Assembly: GCA_024679065.1 (NCBI GenBank)
Contig: JAGIQG010000040.1
Coordinates: 9,486,001-9,550,000, forward strand
Direction: 5' to 3'
Length of the DNA stretch: 64,000 bases
Source of the DNA: Sphyrna mokarran
Lineage: Eukaryota
Below, piece after piece: positions 1 to 11,803 of the stretch. Every line of letters begins with the position of its first letter. The first letter of the stretch is position 1. The position numbers were made by a program, and so were the translations under genes. The notes under the pieces are model-generated. The model had not been told where the DNA came from and made no database searches. It saw only the letters and a program-made list of their open reading frames with translations.

Positions 1-365
1 TTCATTTCCTGACCGGTAGTTACAGCTTGCTTTGCAATTAGCTTTACCCAAGCTCCTTTTGTTATTTGAAGTTTCACGCCAGGGCTCTTTCACCACATAC
101 AAGATTCTCCTGCAAAATGGCACCTTCTTGTTCAACACCAGTGGTTTGGCTAAAGTAATGACAACATACACCAGACACTCCACTAATGTTATCACTTTTG
201 CTTCTGACGGTTTGAAACTGGAAAGGAATATTTCCAAATGATTTGCTTTGCACCATGAGGTAAAAGTTCCATAACTCGGTGGAAGTATGAATGGTTAAAT
301 CAGTTTTTTTTTTACCAGATTTTATCTTGAATGACAATCATTATCATCAGCACTTTGTAGCCTCT
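1..365. repeat. Copy 1 of a dispersed duplicated segment (copy 2 at about 3496-3845)
   Basis: ttcatttcctgacc...cagcactttg aligns colinearly with 3496 onward at roughly 90%. Copy 2 lacks a short segment between repeated cacc motifs. Confidence 0.9.
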
Positions 366-441
366 GGAACAGGTTTTCAGAAATAGAATTTGATCATTTG
401 TCACAAAAAGGTTTAGAATATGTTTAGTTATTGCTGTTTCA

Positions 442-515
442 GTCTCTGTGGCGCAATTGGTCAGTGCGTTCGGCTATTATCCGAAAGGTTGGTTGTTCGA
501 GACCACCCAGGGACG
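442..515 (+). tRNA. tRNA-Asn-derived gene with ATT anticodon, probable pseudogene
   Basis: GTCTCTGTGGCGCAATTGG...CCCAGGGACG matches vertebrate tRNA-Asn(GTT). The anticodon loop is CTATTAT instead of CTGTTAA, the T-arm has substitutions, and a T-run follows just downstream. Confidence 0.85.
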
Positions 516-889
516 GGATTTTACTATTTTCTCACCATCAGCATTCACAGGCAAACAGTTGTCTCTTGGTAATGGGTCCGTGGGTGCCAATAAAAAAAAA
601 GCTGTCAATTTTTCCCGGTTGTGCTGTTATCTGGTGTTACCAATATTATTTAATGACGATTGACTTCAAACATATTACATATAACATTATACACATACTT
701 CCATTATAACATTAAACTTAAAAAAATCATGTTCCAGCTAACAGGAATCGCTGCTTTCATTGGCTGAAGCAGTCACTTCTGTGTGAAATAAACATGACAA
801 TTTGAAAGATAAACTTGTATTTGGTGAATAAAAAGACAGGCACAAAACTAAAGGCAGGTGGTTCAAGGATAAATTAATGTCTTATAAAA

Positions 890-961
890 TACTTGGTGGT
901 CCAGTGGTTAGGATTCGGCGCTTTCACCGCCACGGCCTGGGTTCAATTCCCAGTCAGGGAA
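890..961 (+). tRNA. tRNA-Glu(TTC), degenerate acceptor stem, probable pseudogene
   Basis: GGTGGTCCAGTGGTTAGGATTCGGCGCTTTCACCGCC...GGTTCAATTCCCAGTCAGGGAA matches tRNA-Glu. The 5' end is TACTT instead of TCCCT. Confidence 0.85.
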
Positions 962-1382
962 TGTAGATTTATTGCTGTACAACAATCCTGTGTTACTTCC
1001 TGGTCTGTACCAGTTCTGCCAGAATCAGTGTCAGGGAGATTTCCTCTTTAGTATCTGAATTGGAAATGTCACATATAAAGAACAAAGAAAAAGACAGGGA
1101 CAGGTCACAAAACGCTGATGATACAAAATGCGGATGATTATTTGAAGAAAGATGAAAATGATGTATTAATGAATGGGCAGAAATCATTGCTCCCTTAGAT
1201 ATTTGCGAGACGAACGCGTTTCAATGTTGATGTTCTGGATAAGTCGGACAATCAGATTGAAAGTAACGGTTATCTTCCTGAATTCAGTGACATGGGCTCT
1301 CAGTCTAACCATCGGAACCTGCAGCAAAACAGCGGAGTTGAACATTGCAGACAGGCAGATTTGCTCCACTGTTTTTCAGGTT

Positions 1383-1455
1383 GTTTCTGTAGTGTGGTGG
1401 TTATCACATTCACCTCACACGCGAAAAGTCGCCGGTTCGAAACCGGGCAGAAACG
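1383..1455 (+). tRNA. tRNA-Val(CAC), several substitutions
   Basis: GTTTCTGTAGTGTGGTGGTTATCACATTCACCTCACACGCGAAAAGTCGCCGGTTCGAAACCGGGCAGAAACG matches tRNA-Val. The acceptor stem pairs; the anticodon stem has a mismatch. Confidence 0.85.
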
Positions 1456-2598
1456 TTCATTTAACTTTCTCATGTCGGGTAAGGGGAAATAGTTTGATTT
1501 CAGTTTGTTGCTCAACATTATCTGAACCTCAGTGTTAAAGGCATGTTATCATTGCTCTGACTTCACCCTGAAATACTTTCTGTGAAATAAGATGCATTGA
1601 CAGGAATGTTCAATTTTGACATCGAGCATTTATTCGCATCTCGTTCAGTCTCCAAAGAATTGAATGGGTTTATAGGTGCAGACTGATATGGTTAATGACC
1701 ATCTGAAATATCTGATAGTGGTGTGTGCTCAAACGGATAGATACAAGTGATACTGTAAGTGAAGGAGGGGAAATGATGCACTTTTCACAGAAGAATATTT
1801 TTAAATATTTTTTCATCACTAAGAAACAGGAAAAGCCACTCAGATAGACGAGGGAATCGAGACTCAGTGCCAATCTACTAGATTTTCCTGTAACGGCCGG
1901 ATTTTATGCGCTTGAATGTTTCACACCCATAATAAAAATAGGCTCAAGTATCACTAACGGATAATTCTTGATTTTCCTCCATTTAAATGTAGTTGATTTT
2001 GTTTAAAACCTGACGATAGTTAATAATCACAATCATAATTAATCACAGTCACTGAACAAACAAGATGATACATATTTTCTTGCGAAGTACATGTTTAATG
2101 AAAATGCTTTGCATTCATGTTGAACAATATTACCCAATGCCAACGTACATGTCCAACTAGTTCCAGAAAAAGTGGAATATTGTATCACAAAATATTAATG
2201 ATCTGAAGTAAAAGAAATTCAGATGTTTATCCATCGAGAATGCAGAAGCAGAATTATTGCAAATTTACACTGCTGCTACTCAGCAAAATTCCAATTGTTG
2301 TGTGTAGTCTGGAGTGAGTGTATCATTATTAATTGTGTGGACCATGCTGGGTTTTCAGGTAGGAGATACTTGATGGATGTGGATATATCTGAGGTGGAGA
2401 GCAGGAGGCTGGAAGATGCAACTTGAAAGTGGCATTATTTGATATGCGTTTCATGAGATTCTTCTTCAGAGTTTTACATCTCTGACATTTCCAGCTCTCT
2501 TACAAATTCATCCAACTGAAGATTAACCTTGTTTCTCCCTTCACAGAAGGTGTGAGGCATGTTTACATTAAGTGAAGAATTAAACAAAAAATTATTCA

Positions 2599-2662
2599 CT
2601 CCGTGACTGGGAATCATACCCGGAATCACTGTGTTGAATCCTGATCACCAGACCCTCAGGGA
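2599..2662 (-). pseudogene. Highly decayed tRNA-Glu-like relic
   Basis: The minus strand reads TCCCTGAGGGTCTGGTGATCAGGATTC...CCGGGTATGATTCCCAGTCACGGAG, colinear with tRNA-Glu but with the anticodon arm partly deleted. Confidence 0.55.
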
Positions 2663-3495
2663 AGCTGAAGAGAGAGAGTTGATTATCTGTATATTCATTG
2701 TTTCATTTCAAATAAATTTCACTAAAAACACAGTCGCAATGAAGAATGATGGGAAGCATACATACCAGGATTTGTACTTCAGTTAGAAAATTCCAATCCA
2801 TCAACTTAACCCCTTGGCCGGGAATACAGACTCAATGTTTGTGATCCTTTTGCTCATTCCGCCCGTGTTTTCGTGTGTGCTCTCTACCGTGGCAACTTCA
2901 GCCCTTCCACAGAAGCTCCTTCACACCAACAAGTGTTCACACTTGCACTGTCACTTCTCTTTATTTCTGCGAGAAACAACACCGCAAACGCTCCTGTATT
3001 CAATCTAAGTTGTTGGACTTCAGCTGGAAGCACAAGAATTCAAATGCATTTTGGCAGCGATATGTTTTGAACACCACTGCTGCAGAATCTTAACACTGCA
3101 TTTTAGAGTGTTTGGCCACCACGTTAAAATGTATCACACTCATGTTATTTACTGAGATATTTTCCTGAAATTTATTAAAAACTGCGGAACTAGGAAAGGC
3201 CATAGGTGCCTTGAGGCCGCTCCTTCACTGGATCAGATAATCATGAACTGTGTAACAAACACAAATCACATCCACTCAGGAACACAATGAGCTGCCATGA
3301 AGTGCCGGTACCAGTTACATGGTGAATAATCACCTCTTCTTCCCCATCTCCTGCCAGAAATGACAAGAAAAAATCCTGCTGAATTTGTTCAGGATCTCCA
3401 TTTCTAAAAGGACAACATATGAGGCGGGACTACGATTTCTGTCTTCAAAAAGGAAATGACTGATATTCATTCGGGGTTTTGATCTGAGCAATAAG

Positions 3496-4006
3496 TTCAT
3501 TTCCTGACCAGTAGTTACAGCTTGCTTTGTAATTAGCTTTACCCAAGCTCCTTTTGTTATTTGAAGTTTCACACCAGGCCTCTTTCACCACATACAAGAT
3601 TCTCCTGAAAAATGGCACCAGTGGTATGGCTAAGGTAATGACAACATACACCAGACACTCCACTAAAGTTATCACTTTTGCTTCTGACGGTTTGAAACTA
3701 GAAAGGAATATTTCCAAATGATTTGCATTGCACCATGAGGTAAAAGTTTCATAACTCAGCGCAAGTATAAATGGTTAAACCTGTTTTTTTTAACCAGATT
3801 TTACCTTGAATGACCATTTTTATCATCAGCACTTTGCAGCTTCTCACTGGCCTTTTCTTTCTGAGTTTGTTGTTGAACTGTTGCATACGTGACATTTTTA
3901 GCACTGAAGTAAACTTGTGAACCTCTTCAGTTGATTCGAACAGATTTACTTTCAATATGAGAGAAAATCAGATTATTTTTTAATCATTTGCTGAGCGCAA
4001 AGTACC
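3496..4006. repeat. Copy 2 of the duplicated segment; its 3' part also matches about 5990-6170
   Basis: Direct alignment to 1-365. The stretch 3822-4006 aligns more weakly to 5992-6170 (atcat(c/t)agcactttgcagc...tttgctgag). Confidence 0.8.
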
Positions 4007-4049
4007 TTCCTTTCCTGTGTGACAATTGAAACAGATCATCAATGCTGAC

Positions 4050-4370
4050 ATAATGAAGGACCTGTGCATCCCGGACACTCTCTCTTCCACATTCCTCCTT
4101 CGGGAATAAAGGATACAAAACTCTGAGATCTTGCATCAGCCCTTTCAAGAACAACTTCTTCCCTGCTGCCATCAGACTTTTAAATTGACCTGCCTTGCAC
4201 CAAGTCGACCTTTCTCTACACTCTAGCTGTGACTGTAACAATACATTCTTCACTTTCTCGTTTCCTTCTCGATGAACAGTATGTTTTGTCTCAACAGCGC
4301 ATAAGAAACAATTCTTTTTATTGTATGTTAGCACATGTGACAATAATAGATCAAATCAAAGCAAAACAAA
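4050..4370 (+). mobile_element. Rex1/Babar-like non-LTR retrotransposon 3' end
   Basis: Decayed HPGHSLF..LPSG...KNNFFPAAIRLLN coding remnant followed by the typical tail ending aataata(g)atcaaatcaaa. Confidence 0.7.
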
Positions 4371-4609
4371 AGAGATGAACACAAACCACAGAACTCCCCG
4401 GATAACTGTGAAGTGTGATTTTCAAACCGACTTATCGTATATCCGATTTTTGCTTTATTTACATTTCGGACCCATTCCACCAGAGACACGATTCTCCTTC
4501 AAAATGTCCTACTTAGATTTGTGTGGCAGTTTCTGGTGGGTTTTGTTCTCGTATACCAATGGAAGCTCATAAAGCCATATTGTTGTCACACTTGCTGTTG
4601 CCACCGCAT

Positions 4610-5186
4610 TGAATGATCCAATAGTTGATCAGAATCTCAGAACAGTAGATTGTAATGCTCCATTACAAGATGAGAATCTGAGAACGGTAGACTGTATTGT
4701 TCCAATAATGGATCAGAATCTCAGTACAACAGGTTGTAATGATTGTAATGTTCCAATAATGGATCAGAATCTCAGGACAACAGGTTGTAATGATTGTAAT
4801 GTTTCAATAATGGATCAGAATCTGAGAACAATAAACGGTAACATTCCAATTTTGGATCAGAATCGGAGAAAATAGACTGCGATGTTTCAATACTGGAACA
4901 GAATCCGTGAACAATAGACTGCAAAGTTCCAGTACTGAATCAGAATCAGAGAACAATAGACAATAGATTGCAGTGTTGGCACAATGGATCAGAATGTGAG
5001 AACAACCGAATGCAATATTCAAGAAATGGATCAGAATCTGAGAATAATAGAACGCAATCTTCCAAACTTGGGTCAGCATCTGAGAACAATGGGCTGTAAT
5101 GTTTCAACACTTGATCAAAATCTGAGGATAATAGACTGTAATCAATTTAAATTAATTAGATTAATAGACTGTAATCAAAGAAAGAT
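4610..5186 (+). repeat. About 42-bp tandem array (MDQNLRTxDCNVPI-type) homologous to the GPCR N-terminal repeat, frameshifted and with stops
   Basis: About 12-13 units of atggatcagaatctgagaacaatagactgtaatgttccaata; same core as 7349-7560. Confidence 0.85.
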
Positions 5187-6249
5187 GTGAGTGGTGCCGA
5201 TTACAGTAGAAATAATCCAGATCACAGCGATAATATCATCAAACTAATAGTTCCCTTTCTGGGCAGTGAGCATTTATGTTTAATTGTGCACAGGTATTTG
5301 TTCAGCTTCTTTCCACCGTGACCTCCCCATATATTACACAGTGTTACAATTCAGCATCAAAACCTCGGGGACTGGGTGGGATGTTGGGACATGAATTAAC
5401 CAGCGCGGAAAGTGGCTTCCAGTTCCGGCTGTGAGCCGAGGATCCCATCTGGTGTCCGGGTTTGTAACTGGGATCAGTCATTTCCATTCTCAATTCACCG
5501 ACAGCACTCCCAGGAATGATAGTCCCATCCACTCACACTCCGTATTTATAAAACTCAACATAGCAACGGTGATAATCAGGTCTTATTAAAAATAAACTGT
5601 GGCATCAGGAGTGTGAGGGATTGGGGGGTAGTGGGATTGGGGGCGGCGGGGGGGGGGTGGTTCAAGGTAGATTAACTCCATTTTTTTCCTTTGGTTCTGT
5701 GAGAATCTGCAGAGAGAGTTTTTGTATCGCGGGAAGCCGAGGCCCATCACCGTGTCTTGTACTTAGCTTTACAGTAATAGGTGGCGGCGTCTTCAACTCT
5801 CACATCCCGAATTTCCAGCGAAAATGTCTTTCCTGCTTTATTCACAGAAACAATAAATCTCCCTCCGCTGGAGATCGGCTCCCTCTCCTCCACACAATGC
5901 AGAGTGTGGGGAAAGCTTCATAATTGTGTATCACTGTAAATTGTAAAATCTGACCCATTACAGACAGATTTCACCTTGTGAAAACGTCTCAATCATTAGC
6001 ACTTTGCAGCCTTTCCTTGTCTTTGTGTTTGTTCTTGAACTGTTGCATGTGAAATTTCCAGCTCTGATAGAAATTTGCCAACTTCGCTCGGCTGATTCTA
6101 GTAGATCTGCTTTCGATGGAAGAGTAAATCAAACCAGTATTAATAGTTTGCTGAGGGCAAATAATCATCATTTCTGCAGCGGGAATTGAAACAAGTTATC
6201 ACTGGGGGAGGGCTGGAAACAAACAACTGGACTACCGGGGAAACAAGTT

Positions 6250-7020
6250 ACAGGACCATAATTAAGCCATTTGGCCCATCGAGCCGGCTCCACCATTCAA
6301 TTATAGCTGAATTGTTTCTCAAACCCATTCTCCCATTTTTTTCCCCTGTAAGCTTTGATCATTTTACCAGTCAAGAACCTGTCTATCTCTTTCTTAAATA
6401 CTCTCAGAATCTTGTGTGGCAAAGAATTCCACAGATTCACCACCTTCTGACTGAAGCTATTCCTCCTCATAACAATTCTAAAGTAAGAATTCCTCACAGC
6501 AGCAGGGTAAAATCTCACAAGTTTCCTTGGAATCACGAGCTTTCGGAATGCTGCTCCTTCATCAACTGAGGGGACAACTGGTGTTGTGAGACTTCCCAAT
6601 GTGCCCAAGCCAGTCCAACGCTGGCATCTCCATATCATTGTTCTAAACGGTGAGCCCTTTCCTTTAAGGATGCACCCTCGTATCCTAGTCTCTCCTACTA
6701 ATGGGAACATCTTCCCCAAGTGCACTCTATCCAGGCTTCCATTACTCTGAAAGATTCAATGAGATCCCATTCCTCATCCTTCCAAAATCTATGAACTACA
6801 GATTCAGAATCCTCAGACGCTGCTCAGGTAACAAGTATTTTATTCCCCGTATCATTTTTGTGAATCTCCTCTGGACACCCTCCAAGGCCAGCTGATCCTT
6901 CCTTAGATATAGAGCCCAAAATTGCTGACAATGTTCTGAATGCGGCCTGTCCAAAGTCTTATAAAACCTCGGCAGTACACCGCTGCGTTGTATTCTAGTC
7001 CTCTCGAAATGAATCCTAAC
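6250..7020 (-). mobile_element. CR1-clade LINE 3' fragment, interrupted by a Penelope-like insert
   Basis: Minus-strand RNSFSQKVVNLWNSLP..FKKEIDRFL motif plus a CR1 tail. Confidence 0.8.
6483..6637 (-). mobile_element. Penelope-like pLTR-derived short element with a degenerate hammerhead core
   Basis: The minus strand reads TTGATGAAGGAGCAGCATTCCGAAAGC (CUGANGA/GAAA core with a short stem II). The insert is flanked on both sides by ttctaaa. Confidence 0.6.
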
Positions 7021-7348
7021 AGAACGATCTCTGTTCTATAGAATGAATATTGAAAGATTTACAGCATGACCTTCCATTATTTCCAATTCTCTGACCCTCA
7101 ACATCTCATGTAAGCTGTAAATTTTCTATTTGTGGATAAATAGTGTTGGATTGAACTTGGTTAAGTGAAGCTGTTTGTTTAGTGACTGTAATTGATGTGA
7201 GTCTCCATGGATCCGAATAGTGTGTCTGGAGGGTTAACACTGTTCTATTAATAAGGGATTTCATTCAATGTGTTTTCCCATTGAGTCAGCGGGAGTGACA
7301 ACTCCAACACTAACAGAGATCAGCGGCTGTGGAGAGAAAGGGTGGGAG

Positions 7349-7700
7349 ATGCGAGATCAGAAACTGAGAGTAATGGATTGGAATCTTCCAACAATGGATC
7401 AGAATTTGGAAGCAATGGATTGGAATCTTCCAACAATTGATCAGAATTTGGAAGCAATGGATTGGAATCTTTCAACAATGGATCAGAATCTGGGAGCAAT
7501 GGATTGGAATCTTTCAACAATGGATCAGAATCTGGGAACAATGGATTGGAATGTTCCAAGCAAGGACAGGGGTTTATCCTATTGGATTTTTTGGTTTACT
7601 TCTGATCATTGGTGGATAACACCAGCTGGTCGAATTGGGTATCTACTGAAGATGATTCAGTACATTTACTATCCCCTCTTGGCGATTGTTGGTGTTCCAC
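7349..7700 (+). CDS. GPR139/GPR142-like class A GPCR, coding exon 1 (repeat-rich N-terminus + start of TM1)
   Basis: ATG 7349, MD[Q/W]NLxx repeats, then IYYPLLAIVGVP. A phase-1 donor C|GTAAGT at 7701 joins in frame to the exon at 11804 (C+TG = Leu, then the TM1 Asn). Confidence 0.85.
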
Positions 7701-8369
7701 GTAAGTCCCTGGCTGGAATTGAACCGGCCAGTCTATCATGGGAATCAGAGCAGGCGACGGGCAGACATGGGAAGATCTGTTAAACACGGGTGGGATTTTG
7801 CATCTTCGGGAAGAGTAAGGCTGTGAAGTCCCACCCCCTGTTTCCAGTTCCTAATTCTCGAAAGGCTGTTTAAATATATTGATTTCCTTGTCATTTACTG
7901 CACTGGATTTGCTACTGTTGTTTCAATTGAATCTCTGGATCCAGTTATTAATTATTTCTGCCACTGACAACTGTCTTAGGACCTATGGGCTAAGATGTCT
8001 CCTGTGTTCTGTGACATTCCATAGACATGTGACATCAAGTGCGGCACCTTTGTAAGTAAAAAATTGAGAGAGAATCCTTTTTTACCCTCTAAACATAACA
8101 CCATTTCACAGTCAGCAGGCTGCAGAATCCATTTTATTGGTCATGTTTGCACAGCAAGTTCTCACAGAAAGAGAACATGCTCTGTAACGTTTATTCATTA
8201 GTGTCACAAACAAGAGAACATTAGCATGGCAATGAAATGATTGTGAAAATTCCCAAGGAATTCCAGTGCCTGTACACTGACGAAGATACAGCATGGACAA
8301 TGCACCCAACCAACACGAATTTCAAAGCTGAAGCAGATTCCTATTCTGCACAGAAACTTGTGCACATGC

Positions 8370-9085
8370 TTCGCAGGCCCACCCCCTCCCCGTCCCCGCC
8401 CCGGGATACAACCCCCCTGAATGACAGATTCCCCCTGGCAGAACCCTCCCCGCACCGTGATCAGACCCCACCCCGGGAAGCAGGAGATACTCCCAAGTCC
8501 ATCCTCCCCCATACTCCACCACCCCAATCCCCGAACCGAAGATCCATCTGCGCCCGTCCCCCTCCTCCGGCAGGCACCAGCAAAAGGCCAGGAAGGTGTT
8601 GCACGCTGTCCAACGAATCTAGTAGAAGTCTCACAACAGCAGGTTAAAGTCCATCAGGACTTTAACTACCCGTTTTGAGATTTCTTTCTGTGTTTAACCC
8701 ATTCCAACTCCAGCATCTCCACATTAACGTGTGCCGGTCAGAAGGATCTGCTGGGCGGGGTGGGGGGGAGCGGGGGCTGCCTCCCGGGGTTGGGAGGGGG
8801 GGGCGCTCGCGGCTCATCCTCCCCCATTTCCCTCGAAGCTCCCGATCATTCTGCTGGTTTTCTCTTCCCCACAAATTGGGGGCGCTGTTTCGGATTTTTG
8901 CTTTTCAAACTGCGCATGCGCGGTTCGGAATGTTTCCGGCAGCGCTAAACCCCGCCCACAGCGCGGAGCGGATCGGAGCCGGCAAAAAGCTTATGGGAGA
9001 GGATTCCGGGCTCAGAACCGTTTCACAACCAGATCCGGACCTTCGCCTCCAATCGGGCCCTGTGTCTTGGGCACGATCTTGGATG
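8370..9085. promoter_or_regulatory. CpG-rich island inside the GPCR intron with a perfect NRF1 site
   Basis: TGCGCATGCGCG at 8911-8922, GC boxes, and high CpG density relative to the flanks. Confidence 0.5.
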
Positions 9086-9759
9086 TCCCCAGGACACCTT
9101 GTAGAATTGCAGTATGGCACAGTATGGCACTGCTGCCTCATAGCATCAGGGATCCCAGTTCAATGCCTGGGATTCCACCGTCACAAGTCAAGTTTTTTTT
9201 ATTATTTCAAAACCAATTCAATTCTCACATACAGATTGTTGGGATTTCTCTTATTCCAATATCGTGTGGTGTTTCTCTGGAACTGATACACTTTGAGCAA
9301 ATCCAGTTTCTCGCAGCTTTCCAATGTCCACATTGAGCCTTGTACATTCATTTCCGATCACAGCAGCATTATCAACCTGCATAAGTTCATTGGTAAGGCC
9401 AGGGTACTTGAAATGTGAAAGACCGATTTGATTTAATTTGAATTGATTTGGTTTATTATCTTCAGCACAAAAAAAATGATACAAGCCAGGAATGAAACCC
9501 AGGTACCTGTGCGACAGCAGTGCTAACTATGATATCACCATGTTGCCGACTCAAGGACAGCAACTTCTCTGCTGCTACCAGATGTTTGAATGGATCCATA
9601 TCGCATTAAAACGATTGCAGCATTACACTCTGCACTCTCTCCTTCTCTATGTACAGGGTTACAGTGTTACAGAGTTCACTGTTCAAGGAAATGGCGTCTT
9701 TGGGAGGTAGGTGAACTATAGTGTATCCAGGCAATCTGGGAGTCCAGAATTGATTCATA

Positions 9760-10860
9760 CCATGACTCACCTTTTGAGGCATTTCATAATATTGGATAGA
9801 CAGTGAAAAGCTTTGTTGCTTGGGTGCTACACAGACAAAGCATGTTCCGTTCTATGAGTCCGTTGGTACACGTCCTTACACTTTTTTTTTATCTTTTTCT
9901 CTGATTGAACAAAGGGGAGAGTGTTAATGTCTGTTGTGTGCTATTCCTTCATTGGGCTGGTTGCTTTTATGAGGCAACGATAAGTTTAGACAGTCAATGA
10001 GTGGGAGCTTGGTTTGAGTGATGGACAGGTCTGCATTCGCTAAGCTGTGAAGGAACTATAGCAAGCGAAAATGTTGCTTGTGATGCATCGGTGAAAGTTG
10101 GTGAGAGTAGCAGCTGACATACCAAATGTCTGTAAACCTCTGAGAAAATACAGGCGTTCATAGACTTTTTTTGAAAAAATATAGGGTCGCCTGGGAGGAA
10201 CCGGGAAAGGTTGTTAGTGATCTGTATCATAAAACTTGAAGCTCTCGTATAATCGGAACTTCATCCCATTGATGTAGAGAGGGACATGTACTCCACTACA
10301 GTTCCAAAAGTCGATCTGTTCTGTTGATATTGAGGAAGAGATTATTGTTGTCACCCCAGTTAACCCAGATTCGCTGTCTCTTCTTTGATCTCGGTCTTAC
10401 CATTGTTTGAGATCTGACCTTTTACAGGTGTCATCAGCAAACTTAGAAATCGATTTGGAAGGGAATTTGGCCTCACAGTCATCAGCGTATGAGGTGAAAA
10501 GTAAGGGGCTGAGTCCACAGCCTTACGGGGCAGTGCTGTTGAGGATGATTGTAGAGGAGGCGTTGTTGACTATCCTGATTTATTGTTGTCTGCGGGTCAG
10601 GACGTTCAGAATGAAATTGCAGAGGCAGGAGCCAAGCCCCAGGCCACAGATTTTGAACATGAGTTTGGTAGGACTAATGGTGTTGCAGGCTGACCTGTAG
10701 TCAATAAACACAAGTCGGTGTTAAAAGGGTTGGCTGTAGGGTCAGAGAGAGGATTTTTGGACCTCTTGTGGATGTAGTGAACTGTAGTGGATCTAGGCAA
10801 TGGGGAAGCCGGAATTAATGCTTGCCATGTCTAACTTTTGGATATATTTCATAATCTTGT
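9760..10860 (-). mobile_element. Decayed Rex1/Babar-like RT fragment
   Basis: Minus strand encodes LVFIDYRSACNTISPTKL (Rex1 FIDYSSAFNTI motif), a STAP-GC-LSP motif and a YADD-like motif. Confidence 0.7.
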
Positions 10861-11517
10861 ATATTAGAGTCACCGAAAAATAGTGATTAGGCAGCTGTTT
10901 GTCTTTCCTTTGGTACTGGCCTTTATTTGAGTTTTTACTTGATGTATAGATTGGGAACTTTCCTGCTGAGAGAGGGTTCATGGAGTTGCACGTTCCAGTA
11001 TACCAAAGTGGGACAGCAGCAATTGCACTGTTATGGACGACAGCTATTCGCCGAACCCTGAAGTTTTCATCCACTATTGAAAGCAAACATTGATACGTGT
11101 GATTCTGTGCCAATCGAGTGTTAGATTACTATGATTTCTTCCTACCGGTGACCAAAATGATGTGGTCTCCTCTCCAGGGTACTTTTTTTGTAAATATAGT
11201 GGAGATTCTCTTCTATAAAGGCATCAGGATCTCCCTCTGCCAACTGTTAGTAGTGTCCAGAGGCAAGAGTCAAACAAGCACTGTTTGGTACCAGTTCTGT
11301 TGTGGGAGTTGTCACTAAGCTTCTGAGAGACAACAGATTACACTTACAGGACGCCATCAGGATTTTCTGTCAGCGTTTACTCCCTCAGCCTTCTTTCCCT
11401 CCACGTCTTCCACTAGGTAGAGGTGCTATTTACCTGTAGCTGAGTGACGGAATGTGTTAAGGACTCCCCGGAAGGCTCCCTTCCAAATGTATACCTTTGT
11501 GTTGCTACCAAAGAGCA

Positions 11518-11672
11518 GTACGGTGGCACAGTAGCTAGCACTGCTGACTCACAGAATCAGAGACCTGGCTTGGGTCACTGCCTGTGTGGAGGCTGGACAC
11601 GCTCCCCATGTCTGTGTGGGTTTCCTCCAGATGCTCCACTTTCCTCTCACAATCCAAAAGACGTGCTGGATT
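11518..11672 (+). mobile_element. tRNA-derived HE1/V-type SINE
   Basis: ggtggcacagt..agcactgctg head and the gtgtggag..ctccccatgtctgtgtgggtttcctcc core. Confidence 0.75.
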
Positions 11673-11803
11673 AAAAAAAAAGATGTAAGTGATTTTGTAC
11701 GTGTGTGCATTTTTTATATATATTTGAATACATCATCAGTCTGAATGGTCTTGTCTTCCCCTGAATCATGTCTAATTTTATTATTTATGTCCCTCTCTAA
11801 CAG

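Noticed and set aside
4610-5186. Regularly spaced gatcagaatc repeats resembling a CRISPR array
   Set aside because: The intervening sequences are homologous to each other rather than unique spacers, the context is vertebrate with no cas genes, and the unit matches the GPCR coding repeat.
5350-5900. Moderately CpG-rich stretch with a minus-strand GTGAGT at about 5535
   Set aside because: No recognisable product or partner exon; insufficient support for a feature.
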